64,000 nucleotides of DNA from Candidatus Alistipes intestinipullorum. GTDB lineage: Bacteria; Bacteroidota; Bacteroidia; Bacteroidales; Rikenellaceae. Both the position numbers and the translations under genes were made by a program. Location: assembly GCA_019113885.1 (NCBI GenBank), contig DXGO01000029.1, positions 29,375-93,374 on the forward strand, read 5' to 3'. Of the stretch, positions 19,408-29,686 are shown one piece after another; position 1 is the stretch's first letter, and every line of letters starts with the position of its first letter. The notes beneath the pieces were generated by a model. It was not told the origin of the DNA. It worked only from the letters and a program-made list of their open reading frames with translations, and did no database searches.

Positions 19408-20197
19408 AGAATCGGTTGTAATTATCGAAAAACTCCGCACTGTCCGGAGCCTGGTACTCCAACATCGGCTTGCCGCTCGTGCGGGCAATCTCCAACACCG
19501 AGGGGTCGATGTTCGCGGAGGCTGCCACCACGCCGTCAGCATAGTCCATAACGAAGCGGAAGAGATTTTCGTATGAAGGAGTGTCGAGAATCGAGAGATT
19601 TTTGTCTTTCACGCCCTCTCCGGCGATTTTCTGCCCGAAGGTCGCATCGAGCGTCCCGGGGAATGCGTCGTCGTAGAGCGACACGACGATCTTCACGTCG
19701 CGGAAGATGGGGTCGTCGGCGAAGACCCGCTTCAGGTAGACGGGGACGACGCTCGAGAGCCATCCGTGGCAATGTACGACAGTGGGGGTCCAGCGCAGTT
19801 TCCGCACCGTTTCGAGCACGCCGCGGGCGAAGAAGATGGCTCGTTCGTCGTTGTCGGGGAAACAGGCGCCCTGCTCGTCGGTCAGCATGGCCTTGCGGGA
19901 GAAATAGTCGTCGTTGTCGATGAAGTAAACCTGTACGCGGGCCGAGGGGATCGATGCGACCTTGATGATGAGCTGGTGGTCGTTGTCGTCGATGATCAGG
20001 TTCATGCCCGAGAGTCGGATCACCTCGTGCAGTTGGTGTCGCCGTTCGTTGATGCACCCGTAGCGGGGCATGAACGTGCGGATTTCATTGCCCCGCTCCT
20101 GCATCGCCTGTGTCAACGTGCGGCAAAGCCGGGCGCTCTCCGTTTCGGGGAGATAGGGCGTGATTTCCTGGCATACGTACAGAATTTTGCTTGCCAT
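19391..20197 (-). CDS. Stand-alone starch/glycogen synthase N-terminal domain (Glyco_transf_5) protein
   Basis: FMPRYG, INERRHQLHEVIRLSGMN, DNDERAIFF, VHCHGW; only 268 aa. Confidence 0.88.
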   Translation of the reverse strand: MASKILYVCQEITPYLPETESARLCRTLTQAMQERGNEIRTFMPRYGCINERRHQLHEVIRLSGMNLIIDDNDHQLIIKVASIPSARVQVYFIDNDDYFSRKAMLTDEQGACFPDNDERAIFFARGVLETVRKLRWTPTVVHCHGWLSSVVPVYLKRVFADDPIFRDVKIVVSLYDDAFPGTLDATFGQKIAGEGVKDKNLSILDTPSYENLFRFVMDYADGVVAASANIDPSVLEIARTSGKPMLEYQAPDSAEFFDNYNRFYEAIQ

Positions 20198-20217
20198 GGT
20201 CGTGGGGTTTGCTCCTG

Positions 20218-20225
20218 CAAAGATA
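20218..20225 (-). promoter_or_regulatory. -7 promoter element for the GT5-like/DUF4270 genes
   Basis: TATCTTTG on the minus strand, 20 nt upstream of ATG 20197. Confidence 0.6.
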
Positions 20226-20236
20226 CTAAAAATTTT

Positions 20237-21286
20237 TTAAAGAATCAGCATGGCGTCACCGTAAGTGCCGAAGCGGTATCCCTCCTCCTTGGCCACCTTG
20301 TAGGCGTTCATGACGTTTTCGTAGCCTCCGAAGGCGGCCACCATCATCAGCTGGGTGGAGTAGGGCAGGTGGAAATTGGTCACCATGGCGTCGGCTACGG
20401 TGAAGTCGTAAGGGGCGAAGATGAACTTGTTGGTCCACCCCTCCATGGGTTTGATCATGCCGTTGGTCGAGACGGCGGTTTCGAGCGTGCGCATGACGGT
20501 GGTGCCGATGGCGACGACCTTGTGGCCTTCGGTCTTGGCCGTGTTGACGGCTTCGGCGGCCTCGTCGGTCACGAAGAACTGTTCGGAATCCATCTTGTGT
20601 TTCGAGAGGTCCTCGACGTCGACCGTACGGAAATTTCCGAGGCCCACGTGCAGGGTGATGAACGCGCGGTCTACACCCTTGATCTCCATGCGCTTCATCA
20701 GGTGTTTCGAGAAGTGCATGCCGGCCGTCGGGGCGGCCACGGCGCCCTCGTGTGCGGCGAAGATGGTCTGGTAACGTTCGGCGTCCTCGGGCTCGACCTT
20801 TTCGCGTACCCATTTTGGCAGCGGGGTCTCACCCAGCGAGAAGAGCGTCTGCTTGAACTCCTCGTAGGATCCGTCGAAGAGGAAACGGAGGGTCCGGCCG
20901 CGGGAGGTGGTGTTGTCGATCACCTCGGCGACCAGCAGGTCGTCGTCTCCGAAGTAGAGTTTGTTGCCGATGCGGATTTTCCGTGCGGGGTCCACGAGCA
21001 CGTCCCAGAGGCGCAGCTCGCGGTTGAGCTCGCGCAGGAGGAAGATTTCGATCTCGGCGCCGGTTTTCTCCTTGTTGCCGTAGAGGCGTGCGGGGAAGAC
21101 CTTGGTATCGTTCAGGACGAAGAGGTCCTTCTCTTCGAAATAGTCGAGGATCTCTTTGAAAATACGGTGTTCGATTGCTCCGGTTTTGCGGTTGATGACC
21201 ATCAGGCGCGACTCGTCGCGGTTTTCGGCCGGGTATTTGGCCAACATTTCGGGCGTGAATTCGTAGCCGTACTGCGATAACTTCAT
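20237..21286 (-). CDS. queA: S-adenosylmethionine:tRNA ribosyltransferase-isomerase
   Basis: [44 protein letters not shown]. Confidence 0.97.
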   Translation of the reverse strand: MKLSQYGYEFTPEMLAKYPAENRDESRLMVINRKTGAIEHRIFKEILDYFEEKDLFVLNDTKVFPARLYGNKEKTGAEIEIFLLRELNRELRLWDVLVDPARKIRIGNKLYFGDDDLLVAEVIDNTTSRGRTLRFLFDGSYEEFKQTLFSLGETPLPKWVREKVEPEDAERYQTIFAAHEGAVAAPTAGMHFSKHLMKRMEIKGVDRAFITLHVGLGNFRTVDVEDLSKHKMDSEQFFVTDEAAEAVNTAKTEGHKVVAIGTTVMRTLETAVSTNGMIKPMEGWTNKFIFAPYDFTVADAMVTNFHLPYSTQLMMVAAFGGYENVMNAYKVAKEEGYRFGTYGDAMLIL

Positions 21287-21345
21287 GGAAACAACTGTTT
21301 TTGCGTTTCGAAAATAGACAAACTAAATTCTATACGTAAAAAAGT

Positions 21346-22071
21346 TTATTTTGTTTCAGCATTTTGTAATTTTTCCAGAAAATCTTCGAGATTCCAGGCG
21401 TTTTCGACCGTAAAACCGCCGCTGCGGGTACGTCGCAGCGCCGTGAGATGGGCGCCGCTGTCGAGTGCCTCTCCGATTTCGTGGGCCAGCGAGCGGATGT
21501 AGGTCCCCTTGCTGCAGCGCACGCGGATGCGGAGCCGCGGGAGGTCGCACTCGAGGAGCTCCATTTCGTAGATGTTGATCAGCGCCTGCCGCACGGTGAC
21601 CTCTTCGCCGGCGCGGGCCAGTTCGTAGGCGCGTGTTCCCTCGATCTTCTTGGCCGAGTAGACGGGCGGGGTCTGGAGCCGTTCTCCGGTGAGCGCCGCG
21701 AGGGTCCGTTCGACAGCCTCGCGCGTGATGTGTTCCCAGGGGTAGGTGCGGTCGATCTCGTGTTCGAGGTCGTAGCTCGGGGTCGTGGCCCCCAGCATCA
21801 CGTCGGCGACATACTCCTTCTCCTCGGCCTGCAGTGCGTCGACCATCTTCGTGGCGCGGCCGATGCAGACCAGCAGCACGCCCGTGGCCAGCGGGTCGAG
21901 TGTCCCGGCGTGCCCGACCTTGATTTTCCGGTATCCGATGCGGCGGAGCGCGAACTTGATCTTGCGCACCACGTCGGTCGAGGTCCACCGGAGGGGTTTG
22001 TCGAGGACGGCGATGTATCCCTCTTCGAAGTTGATGCCGCGCAGTTCCTGCGGTTCGTATCCGTTCGTCAT
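21346..22071 (-). CDS. truB: tRNA pseudouridine(55) synthase
   Basis: DKP..WTS, GHAGTLDPLATG, CSKGTYIRSL. Confidence 0.97.
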   Translation of the reverse strand: MTNGYEPQELRGINFEEGYIAVLDKPLRWTSTDVVRKIKFALRRIGYRKIKVGHAGTLDPLATGVLLVCIGRATKMVDALQAEEKEYVADVMLGATTPSYDLEHEIDRTYPWEHITREAVERTLAALTGERLQTPPVYSAKKIEGTRAYELARAGEEVTVRQALINIYEMELLECDLPRLRIRVRCSKGTYIRSLAHEIGEALDSGAHLTALRRTRSGGFTVENAWNLEDFLEKLQNAETK

Positions 22072-22084
22072 GGTTGTTGCGGGA

Positions 22085-22876
22085 TCAGCAGAGGGTCGAG
22101 ACGATCGCCACCACGCCGGCCAGGGCGCAGTAGATGGCGAACCAGATGAGCTTGCCGCGCTTGACGACCTCGATCATGAACTTGCAGGCCAGGCATCCGG
22201 TGATGAACGAGGCGAGGAACCCCGCCGCGAGCGGTCCGGCGGCGACTCCGGCCGTCAGTTCGCCGCTCATAGCCTCGAGGAGCGTCTCGCCGAGGATCGG
22301 GGCCAGGACCATCAGGAAGGAGAACTGTGCCACGGCGGCCTTCTTGTTGCCGAGCAGGAGGCCCGTGGCGATGGTCGATCCCGAGCGCGAGAGGCCGGGC
22401 ATGGCGGCGCAGGCCTGGGCGATGCCGATAATCAGGGCATCGCGGTAGGAGATCGTCTCCTTGGGGCGCGGCTTGGCGTAGTAGGCGAAGGCGAGCAAGG
22501 CGGCGGTCAGGAGGAGCATCGCCCCGACGATGACGAGAATCCACGGCGAGTCGAGCAGGGCGTTGAGCTGCTCCTTGAAGAGGAATCCCACGATGCCGAT
22601 GGGGACCATCGAGAGGACGAGCTTCAGGATATAGGCCTGTTCCTCGTTGAAGTGGCGCGAGAAGAGCCCTTTGACGAGGCGTACGACCTCGCTCCACAGC
22701 ACTACCAGGGTGCTGAGGGCGGTGGCGGCGTGCAGCATGACGTCGAACGTGAGGTTCTCTTCGATCTGTACCCCCAGCAGCTCCTTGGCGATCTGGAGGT
22801 GCCCGCTGCTCGAGACGGGCAGAAATTCGGTGATTCCCTGTACGATACCGAGCAGGATGGCTTGCAGTGTATCCAC
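22085..22876 (-). CDS. uppP: Undecaprenyl-diphosphate phosphatase
   Basis: [25 protein letters not shown]. Confidence 0.96.
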   Translation of the reverse strand: MDTLQAILLGIVQGITEFLPVSSSGHLQIAKELLGVQIEENLTFDVMLHAATALSTLVVLWSEVVRLVKGLFSRHFNEEQAYILKLVLSMVPIGIVGFLFKEQLNALLDSPWILVIVGAMLLLTAALLAFAYYAKPRPKETISYRDALIIGIAQACAAMPGLSRSGSTIATGLLLGNKKAAVAQFSFLMVLAPILGETLLEAMSGELTAGVAAGPLAAGFLASFITGCLACKFMIEVVKRGKLIWFAIYCALAGVVAIVSTLC

Positions 22877-22890
22877 TTGTCAGACGGTTT

Positions 22891-23148
22891 TCAGAAGCGT
22901 TTGAGAATAGCGTAGATTTCGAAGGCGAACCCGCCGATTACCAGGATCGGGGCCAGCGTGATCCTGCGCCATGAGAACATGGCATAGTTGAATTCGTCGG
23001 GCGAATCGCTGCCGCCGCCGGTCATCAGGACGAATCCCAGCACGATAATGGCGAAGCCGATGGCCAGCAGGAGGTAGTTGCGGCGGGTGAGCGGCATGCG
23101 CGGGTTTTCGGACTGAGGCTCGGGGGTTGTTTTCTGCGTCTGTTTCAT
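22891..23148 (-). CDS. DUF3098 family membrane protein
   Basis: NYLLL..G..LMTGG..F..RRITLAP; usual position between ftsX and uppP. Confidence 0.85.
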   Translation of the reverse strand: MKQTQKTTPEPQSENPRMPLTRRNYLLLAIGFAIIVLGFVLMTGGGSDSPDEFNYAMFSWRRITLAPILVIGGFAFEIYAILKRF

Positions 23149-23151
23149 ATT

Positions 23152-24033
23152 TTAATAGAGGTATATTTTGTTGGACTTCATGTTGACGAACTTGTTGAGC
23201 GCGATGAGGGTGAAGGCTCCCGAGATGAGGACGCCCCCGACGATCATCGCCCCGATGATGATGGCGACCTTCCCGATTTCGGCCAGAGACGTCAGTTCGG
23301 GAACGGCCTCGTTGAGCCCGAAGACGGCCACGGCGAAGAGTGCCGAGGCGGCGAGTCCCGAGAGGATGCCCTGGGTGATGCTGTTGCCGAGGAACGGGCG
23401 CATGATGAACCACTTGGTCGCGCCGACGAGTTTCATCGTGTTGATCAGGTAGCGTTTCGAGAAGATGGCCAGGCGGATGGTGTTGTTCAGCAGGATGAGC
23501 GACACGAGCAGCAATGCCCCGCCGAAGAGCAGCAGCACGAGGCGGATTTTGCCCACCGTGGTGTGGAGCCTTTCGACCATCATTGCGGGGTACGACACCC
23601 GGTCGACGCCGTCGATGCGTTCGACGGCGGCAATGAACGATCCGAGCAGCTCCTGATCGGCCGAGGCCGAGGTGAGGGTTAGCTCATAGGAGTCGCATAG
23701 GGGGTTCTCCTCGAGGATCTCCTCAAAAGCGCTGCCGAAGAGTTTGCGGAACTCCTGATCCTCGAGTTTCTCCTCTTTGGTGACGAATGAAATTGTTGCC
23801 ACGATCTCTTCGGCCGACAACTGCTTTTCGATCGCCTGGCGCTCTTCGTCGCTAAGGTCGTTGCGCAGCTCCACGCTGACGCTGACGCTCTGCTGGAGCG
23901 TTTCGGCGACCTTCATCGCTGCGATCATCAGGTAGCCGACCGAACCCAGCAGGAAGAGCACCAGGGCGACGCTTACCGTCGATACGATGTAGGAGTTGCG
24001 GACTTTGCGCTTGAGTCGTTTGTCGTCTTTCAT
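23152..24033 (-). CDS. ftsX: Cell division permease FtsX
   Basis: LEENPL, LLNNTIRLAIFSKRYLINTMKLVGAT..FI..PF. Confidence 0.92.
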   Translation of the reverse strand: MKDDKRLKRKVRNSYIVSTVSVALVLFLLGSVGYLMIAAMKVAETLQQSVSVSVELRNDLSDEERQAIEKQLSAEEIVATISFVTKEEKLEDQEFRKLFGSAFEEILEENPLCDSYELTLTSASADQELLGSFIAAVERIDGVDRVSYPAMMVERLHTTVGKIRLVLLLFGGALLLVSLILLNNTIRLAIFSKRYLINTMKLVGATKWFIMRPFLGNSITQGILSGLAASALFAVAVFGLNEAVPELTSLAEIGKVAIIIGAMIVGGVLISGAFTLIALNKFVNMKSNKIYLY

Positions 24034-24075
24034 AGTTCAATGTGCGCGGTTCGATGCGCGGGTCTCTGGTTTGCG

Positions 24076-26625
24076 TTACGATGCTTTCAGCGTGCCGTCG
24101 GTGGGGTGCGTTGCGGCGGACCGATCTCCTTTGAAGCGGCGGTATCCCCATATGCCCAGTGCCGCCAGGGCTCCGGCGAGGATGATGCCCGAGCAGATGC
24201 CCGTCACCCCTTCGACCGCGCTCCAGTGCGGGGCGCGGAAGCGCCATTCGACGGTGTGTTCTCCGGCCGGGAGGCGCATGGCCCGCAGGACGTAGTCGGC
24301 GCGGAAGGCGGGGGCCTCCTCGCCGTCGATGAAGGCCGTCCAGCCCTGGTCATAATAGATTTCCGAGAAGACCGCGACGGCCTCTTCGGGCGTAGAATAT
24401 TCGTAGCGGAGGTAGTTGGGGCGGTATTCCGCGAGGTCGATGTGGGCCGAGGCATAGATGCCGAGGGGCATCGGACGCGGAGCGGCCGCGGCTGTGTGCT
24501 CCTGCGAGGCTGCCACGACGGCCGTCGTGCGGAGGTTCACCTCTCCCAGCAGGTCGATCTCCTCCTGCGCCGAGGCGGCATAGGCGAGCGAATCGACGAA
24601 CCACGCCGCTCCGTAGGCCGTCGTGCGGCGTTGGGCCTGGGGTTGCCCGTCCTGGCCCGGAACGATCACGTAGCGAGTGTTGAGCATGTCGAGGATGTTC
24701 TCGTCGTAACGGGCCAGGTAGCGGTCGATCAGGTCCTGGTAACGGGCGAGTTTAGCCCCGTGGTATCCGCCGATCGAACGGTGGAAATAGGAGGTCGTGG
24801 CGTCGTTGAAGGGGCTGACCGTGAGGTTCAGCACGCGGTATCCGGGATCGGTGTCCTGGAGGATGGCCTTGTCGGCGGCCGATGCGACGACCTGCTGCCG
24901 GCGTTGCGGGACGAAGTTGTCGTGCGAGAGGAAACGCAGGTCGACCGGTACGAGGTCGATGAGCATGATGGCGGACAGCAATCCGACGAGGAGGTATTTG
25001 CCGATGCGCCGCAGGGCAAAGAGCACCACGACGCCGGCGGCGAGCAGCACCATTACGAGCGACCGCCAGGCGTCGGCGCGCATCATGGCGGCGCGGTCGG
25101 CGGCCATGGCGTCGGCGGTGGCTTCGCCCCATTCGATGTCCATGCCGCGGTCGATGTACTGCTGCATGTCGTTTGCCTCGAACAGCTGGCGGAAGGTGTC
25201 GGCCATCGATACGGCGCTCGCGTCGCGCCCGAAGTCGAAGAAGAGGCCTCCGGCGACGATGAAGAGCAGGCATATGCCGCCGGTGATACCCGCGGCCCAG
25301 GCCACGGCGCGCAGGAGCTGCTGGCGGGGCACCTCCTCACGCCAGAGCCGCATCAGGGCCAGGGCGCCGAGCAGCGGCACGGCCCACTGTACGACGACGA
25401 GTGTCATCGAGACAGTGCGGAACTTGTTGTATCCGGGGAGGAATTTGAACGCCAGTTCGGTGAATCCCATGAAGTTGTGCCCCCAGGCGAGGAGCAGCAT
25501 CAGGAGGCTCACGATGATGATCCACCACTTGTCGCGGCCTCGGGTGAGCACGACGCCCAGCAGGGCGAGCATCAGGGCGGCGGCTCCGAGGTAGGTGGGG
25601 CCTGCCGTGTAGGGTTGCGTTCCCCAGTAGGCGGGGAGCTGCTGGGCGGCGCCGCGCAATCCGTAATCGTTGAGCACGGCGGCCGTGGTACCGTCCGCGG
25701 GGAAGGCTGTCGCCGAGTCGCGTCCCATGAAGTCGGGAATCAGCAGGTTGAAACTTTCGGCCTTGCCATAGCTCCAGGCCGTGGCGTATTCGAGGTCGAG
25801 TCCGTTGCCCGAGGTCTCGGAGGGAGTGGAGGTGGCGGCCAGTTCGGACCCCCCGCGGATCGTCTCCCTCGAGTGTTGGGCGGTGTACCAGAGGGGCGCG
25901 AAGTTCGATCCTGCGGCCAGCAGGCCCGCGGCGGCCAGCAGCGCGGTGCGCAGGGCGAAGTTCCGCAACAGTTTTCCGCGCCAGGCGGCCACGCCTTCGC
26001 TGATCCACATCGCGGCCATGGCCACGAGGAAGTAGTAGGTGATCTGCGGATGGTTGGCGCCGATCTCGAGCGATGCCGTGAGGGCCGTGAGGGCGGCTCC
26101 GTACCAGGGATTCCCGCGCAGGGTCATCCACGCGCCGCCCATCATCAGCGGTGCGTAGACCAGGGCCCACATCTTGGTGATGTGCCCGGCGCCGATAATC
26201 AGCAGAAAATAGGTCGAGAGCCCGTAGGCGAGGGCCGCGACGATCCCTACCCAGGGGTTGATGCCGAAGATGAGCAGCATGAGCCACATCGCCGTCATGG
26301 CGAAGAAGACGAATGCCGCCGGGGTGTCGATGATCTTGACCACCTGTCCGACGGTGCGTTTGACGGCCTGGGCGGGGTAGGCGACGTTGATCAGATAGGC
26401 CGGCATGCCGCCGAACATGCCGCCAGTCCATTGGGGATCCTCGCCCTGCTCGGCACGCATCCGGTTGATGTCGCTGGCCATGCCTTCGTACTGGATGACG
26501 TCGTGCTGCGGCAGGACCTCGCCGCGGAACTGCGGTGCGAAGTAGGCGGCGCATATCACGAAAAAGAGCACGAGGGCGACTCCTGCGGGGAGCAATTTCG
26601 AGGTCGCGGGATTCGAAAGATTCAT
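24076..26625 (-). CDS. YfhO family polytopic membrane protein (GT-C fold glycosyltransferase-like)
   Basis: ATG 26625; WTGGMFGGMP, NHPQITYY, SIGGYHGAKL, FSEIYY..GW, RADYVLRA. Confidence 0.9.
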   Translation of the reverse strand: MNLSNPATSKLLPAGVALVLFFVICAAYFAPQFRGEVLPQHDVIQYEGMASDINRMRAEQGEDPQWTGGMFGGMPAYLINVAYPAQAVKRTVGQVVKIIDTPAAFVFFAMTAMWLMLLIFGINPWVGIVAALAYGLSTYFLLIIGAGHITKMWALVYAPLMMGGAWMTLRGNPWYGAALTALTASLEIGANHPQITYYFLVAMAAMWISEGVAAWRGKLLRNFALRTALLAAAGLLAAGSNFAPLWYTAQHSRETIRGGSELAATSTPSETSGNGLDLEYATAWSYGKAESFNLLIPDFMGRDSATAFPADGTTAAVLNDYGLRGAAQQLPAYWGTQPYTAGPTYLGAAALMLALLGVVLTRGRDKWWIIIVSLLMLLLAWGHNFMGFTELAFKFLPGYNKFRTVSMTLVVVQWAVPLLGALALMRLWREEVPRQQLLRAVAWAAGITGGICLLFIVAGGLFFDFGRDASAVSMADTFRQLFEANDMQQYIDRGMDIEWGEATADAMAADRAAMMRADAWRSLVMVLLAAGVVVLFALRRIGKYLLVGLLSAIMLIDLVPVDLRFLSHDNFVPQRRQQVVASAADKAILQDTDPGYRVLNLTVSPFNDATTSYFHRSIGGYHGAKLARYQDLIDRYLARYDENILDMLNTRYVIVPGQDGQPQAQRRTTAYGAAWFVDSLAYAASAQEEIDLLGEVNLRTTAVVAASQEHTAAAAPRPMPLGIYASAHIDLAEYRPNYLRYEYSTPEEAVAVFSEIYYDQGWTAFIDGEEAPAFRADYVLRAMRLPAGEHTVEWRFRAPHWSAVEGVTGICSGIILAGALAALGIWGYRRFKGDRSAATHPTDGTLKAS

Positions 26626-26647
26626 GTTTCCGTACTTAATCAATGGC

Positions 26648-26655
26648 CAAAGGTA
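26648..26655 (-). promoter_or_regulatory. -7 promoter element for the yfhO-ftsX operon
   Basis: TACCTTTG on the minus strand, 22 nt upstream of the start. Confidence 0.6.
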
Positions 26656-27031
26656 CGAAAAAACAGCGACAGTCCGAGTCCCGATGGCGAAAAATGACAA
26701 TCTTGCCTCTTCTCCGGCATGCGGGCGTCCTTTTGTCGGATTCCGGCCGCCAGTCGGTCGGGACCGCCCGGCTGAAGTGGAAGATGGGCCGATACGGTGC
26801 ATTTTCGGCCCGGGAGCACGTTCTCGTGGGCTTCCCGGCATATTCGGAAAAGGGCGAGGAAAGCCTTCGAAAAGGCCCCGGCGACCCGGCCGGACGATCG
26901 TGTGCCGCTGCCGTAACGGGCGGAGCGTTTCAGTCGTGACTGACGGCAACCTTGTTGCCGCAGGTCCTTCGGACGTACGTATTTTCGGGCGATTAACCCC
27001 AAAAAAGACGCGGAATGTGCCAAAAAACTAT

Positions 27032-27039
27032 TATCTTTG
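27032..27039 (+). promoter_or_regulatory. -7 promoter element for the polyprenyl synthetase (leaderless geometry)
   Basis: TATCTTTG ending 5 nt before ATG 27045. Confidence 0.6.
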
Positions 27040-27044
27040 CAAAT

Positions 27045-28034
27045 ATGATTACACTCGATGACATCCGCAAGCCCGTTACTGCGGAACTGGCGGCATTCGA
27101 CGAGTTCGTCGAACGCCAGTTCACTGCCGAAGGGGAGTTGCTATCCGATATGTTGCGTTACGCCCTCTCATCGCGCGGCAAAGGCATCCGTCCCATGCTG
27201 GTGATGCTCTCCGCGGCGATGAATGCTCCCGTAAAGGGCGTGTCGCTCGGCCGCCGGGCCTCGCTGGCGGCCATGCTGGTCGAAATGATCCATGTGGCGT
27301 CGCTGATCCACGACGATGTGATCGACGAAGCCGACATGCGCCGCGGCAAACCTTCGGTCAATGCCCGCTGGCAGTCGCACAAGGCGGTCATCCTGGGCGA
27401 CTACATTCTGGCACGCAACATGAATATCGGCCTTCAGAGCGGGCAGTTCGATCTGGTGACCCATGTCTGCGGGTCGATGGCGGCCCTTTGCGAGGGTGAA
27501 ATCCTCCAGGACGACTGCGCCTCAAACCTGTTGATGAGCCGCAATACCTATTTCGACATCATTTACAAAAAAACCGCCAGCTTGCTCGGGGTGAGTGCGT
27601 CGGCCGGCGCTCTTGCCGTGGGTGCTACGCGTGATAAGGTGGCTGCCATGCGTCGCTTCGGCGAGGCATTGGGCATGGCATTCCAGATCCAGGACGACAT
27701 CCTCGACTACATGCCCCGCAACCACGCGGGCAAACCGGCATGCAATGACCTCTGTGAGGGAAAGATCACGCTTCCGCTGCTGTCAGTGCTCGAACAGGCC
27801 TCGGAGGAGCGTCGCGCCGATTTGCTCGAACGCCTCGGGCGGTGCCGTGAGGATGCCGCGTCGGTGGAATACCTGCGTGCGACGGTCGAGTCGGAGGGCG
27901 GCCTCGAAGCGGCCGCCGAAGTGATGCACGGCTATATCGCGCGGGCTACGGAGATGCTCTCCGACTACGAGGATTCCCCCTACCGTTCGGCTCTGGTGAA
28001 CCTGTGCGCCTACGTGGCCGAACGCGACCGATGA
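27045..28034 (+). CDS. ispB: Long-chain polyprenyl diphosphate synthase (IspB-like)
   Basis: GKGIRP, ASLIHDDVID..RRG (FARM), KKTA, FQIQDDILD (SARM). Confidence 0.85.
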   Translation: MITLDDIRKPVTAELAAFDEFVERQFTAEGELLSDMLRYALSSRGKGIRPMLVMLSAAMNAPVKGVSLGRRASLAAMLVEMIHVASLIHDDVIDEADMRRGKPSVNARWQSHKAVILGDYILARNMNIGLQSGQFDLVTHVCGSMAALCEGEILQDDCASNLLMSRNTYFDIIYKKTASLLGVSASAGALAVGATRDKVAAMRRFGEALGMAFQIQDDILDYMPRNHAGKPACNDLCEGKITLPLLSVLEQASEERRADLLERLGRCREDAASVEYLRATVESEGGLEAAAEVMHGYIARATEMLSDYEDSPYRSALVNLCAYVAERDR

Positions 28035-28127
28035 ACCCATGTCCGGACCTGGCACCATGAATTGAACCTTGAAATCGGACACCTGAATCGAAAGAACCGA
28101 AACATATTAACCTAATTTTTAGTTTTC

Positions 28128-29438
28128 ATGGAAAAAAAGCAAAATTTCGTTCTCCCGATCGTCGTGATGATCTTCCTCTTCGGTATGATCTCCTTCGTGA
28201 CGAACCTCGCCTCGCCGATGGGTGACATTCTGAAGTATCAGTTCAACGTCCCGAACTGGATGGGAACTCTGGGCGTCTTCGCCAACTTCATCGCCTATGC
28301 GATCATGGGTTATCCTGCCGGCAACATGTTGCAGCGTTACGGCTACAAGAAGACCGCGCTGATCGCCGTGGCCGTCGGATTCATCGGCGTCGGCATCCAG
28401 ACCCTTTCGGGTACGGTGCAGAGCTTCGGAGTCTATCTCCTGGGCGCCTTCATTGCCGGCTTCTCGATGTGTTTGCTTAACACGGTCGTGAACCCCATGC
28501 TGAACAAGCTCGGTGGCGGTGGCAACAAGGGCAACCAGCTGATCCAGACCGGAGGATCGTTCAACTCGCTGTGCGGTACGGCCGTCATCATCCTGACGGG
28601 TCTGTTGATCCCTGAGGGTATTAAGAATGCGCAGATCAGCAACGTTTTCCCGTTGATGTATGCCGCTCTGGCCATCTTCGCCTTTGCCTTCATCGTAATT
28701 GCCCTGACGAAGATTCCGGAGAACAAATCCGTGGATGCCGGTAAGAAGAATGCTCCCAAGGCCGACAAATACGGTCCGCTGTCGTTCCGTCACTTCGTGC
28801 TGGGTTCGATTGCCATTTTCGTGTATGTGGGTATCGAGGTAGGTGTTCCCAACGTGCTGCAGAAGTGGCTGCAGAATCCCGACCTCAATGTGCTGGGTTC
28901 GGGCGTCAATGCCGAGGCCGTTGCCGGTTCGGTGGCTGCGACCTACTGGTTCCTGATGCTTGTCGGCCGTCTGCTGGGTGCCGCGATCGGCAGCAAGGTG
29001 TCGGCCAAGGCCATGCTGACGGTGGTTTCGGGTGTGGGCCTGCTTTTGACGCTGGGCGCCATGTTCTCGTCGCCCGAAGTGCTGGTTAACCTGCCGGTAT
29101 TCAACGGCTCGGCCGGTTTCGGCCTGGTGAACGTGCCGATCAATGCTGCGCTGCTGGTCTTCGTGGGCCTCTGCACCTCGGTGATGTGGGGCGGTATCTT
29201 CAACCTCGCCGTCGAGGGCTTGGGCAAGTATACCGAGAAGGCTTCGGGTATCTTCATGGCGCTGGTTTGCGGCGGCGGTATCCTTCCGCTGCTTCAGAAC
29301 GCCATCGTCGACTACACCAACAACGGCATGGGCTATCTGACGAGCTACTGGGTGATCGTTATCGCGCTGATCTTCCTGCTTTACTATGCGGTTGTCGGCT
29401 CGAAGAATGTCAACAAGGATATTCCGGTCAACGACTGA
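28128..29438 (+). CDS. MFS sugar transporter (fucose/glucose/GlcNAc:H+ symporter family)
   Basis: ~12 TM; NPML, FNSL, YVGIEVG, SVMWGGIF, GGGILP. Confidence 0.88.
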   Translation: MEKKQNFVLPIVVMIFLFGMISFVTNLASPMGDILKYQFNVPNWMGTLGVFANFIAYAIMGYPAGNMLQRYGYKKTALIAVAVGFIGVGIQTLSGTVQSFGVYLLGAFIAGFSMCLLNTVVNPMLNKLGGGGNKGNQLIQTGGSFNSLCGTAVIILTGLLIPEGIKNAQISNVFPLMYAALAIFAFAFIVIALTKIPENKSVDAGKKNAPKADKYGPLSFRHFVLGSIAIFVYVGIEVGVPNVLQKWLQNPDLNVLGSGVNAEAVAGSVAATYWFLMLVGRLLGAAIGSKVSAKAMLTVVSGVGLLLTLGAMFSSPEVLVNLPVFNGSAGFGLVNVPINAALLVFVGLCTSVMWGGIFNLAVEGLGKYTEKASGIFMALVCGGGILPLLQNAIVDYTNNGMGYLTSYWVIVIALIFLLYYAVVGSKNVNKDIPVND

Positions 29439-29460
29439 TAGCAGGTCTTCCTGCCTGAGC

Positions 29461-29500
29461 AAGGGAGGCGTTTCACGACGGTGGAGCGCCTCCCTTTTTT
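29461..29500 (+). terminator. Intrinsic terminator of the MFS gene
   Basis: AAGGGAGGCGTTTCAC-gacg-GTGGAGCGCCTCCCTT plus T-run. Confidence 0.8.
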
Positions 29501-29625
29501 TCTGCCTTTTTCCTCCTGGGCGGAGTCGCTCCTTTCCTCCCTTCTTCGACATGCCTTCCGTGACCTTCATGGTTTCCGCCCTCTTGCCTCACTCCTTACA
29601 CCTCCTTATCATTTTGGACTGGGAC

Positions 29626-29670
29626 GAAAAAACAGGGTGTCCGTTTCGACGGACACCCTGTTTCTCTTTT
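29626..29670 (-). terminator. Intrinsic terminator of rplS
   Basis: 15-bp perfect stem AAACAGGGTGTCCGT-ttcg-ACGGACACCCTGTTT flanked by A and T runs. Confidence 0.85.
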
Positions 29671-29686
29671 GAAGCGAATGCGACGA

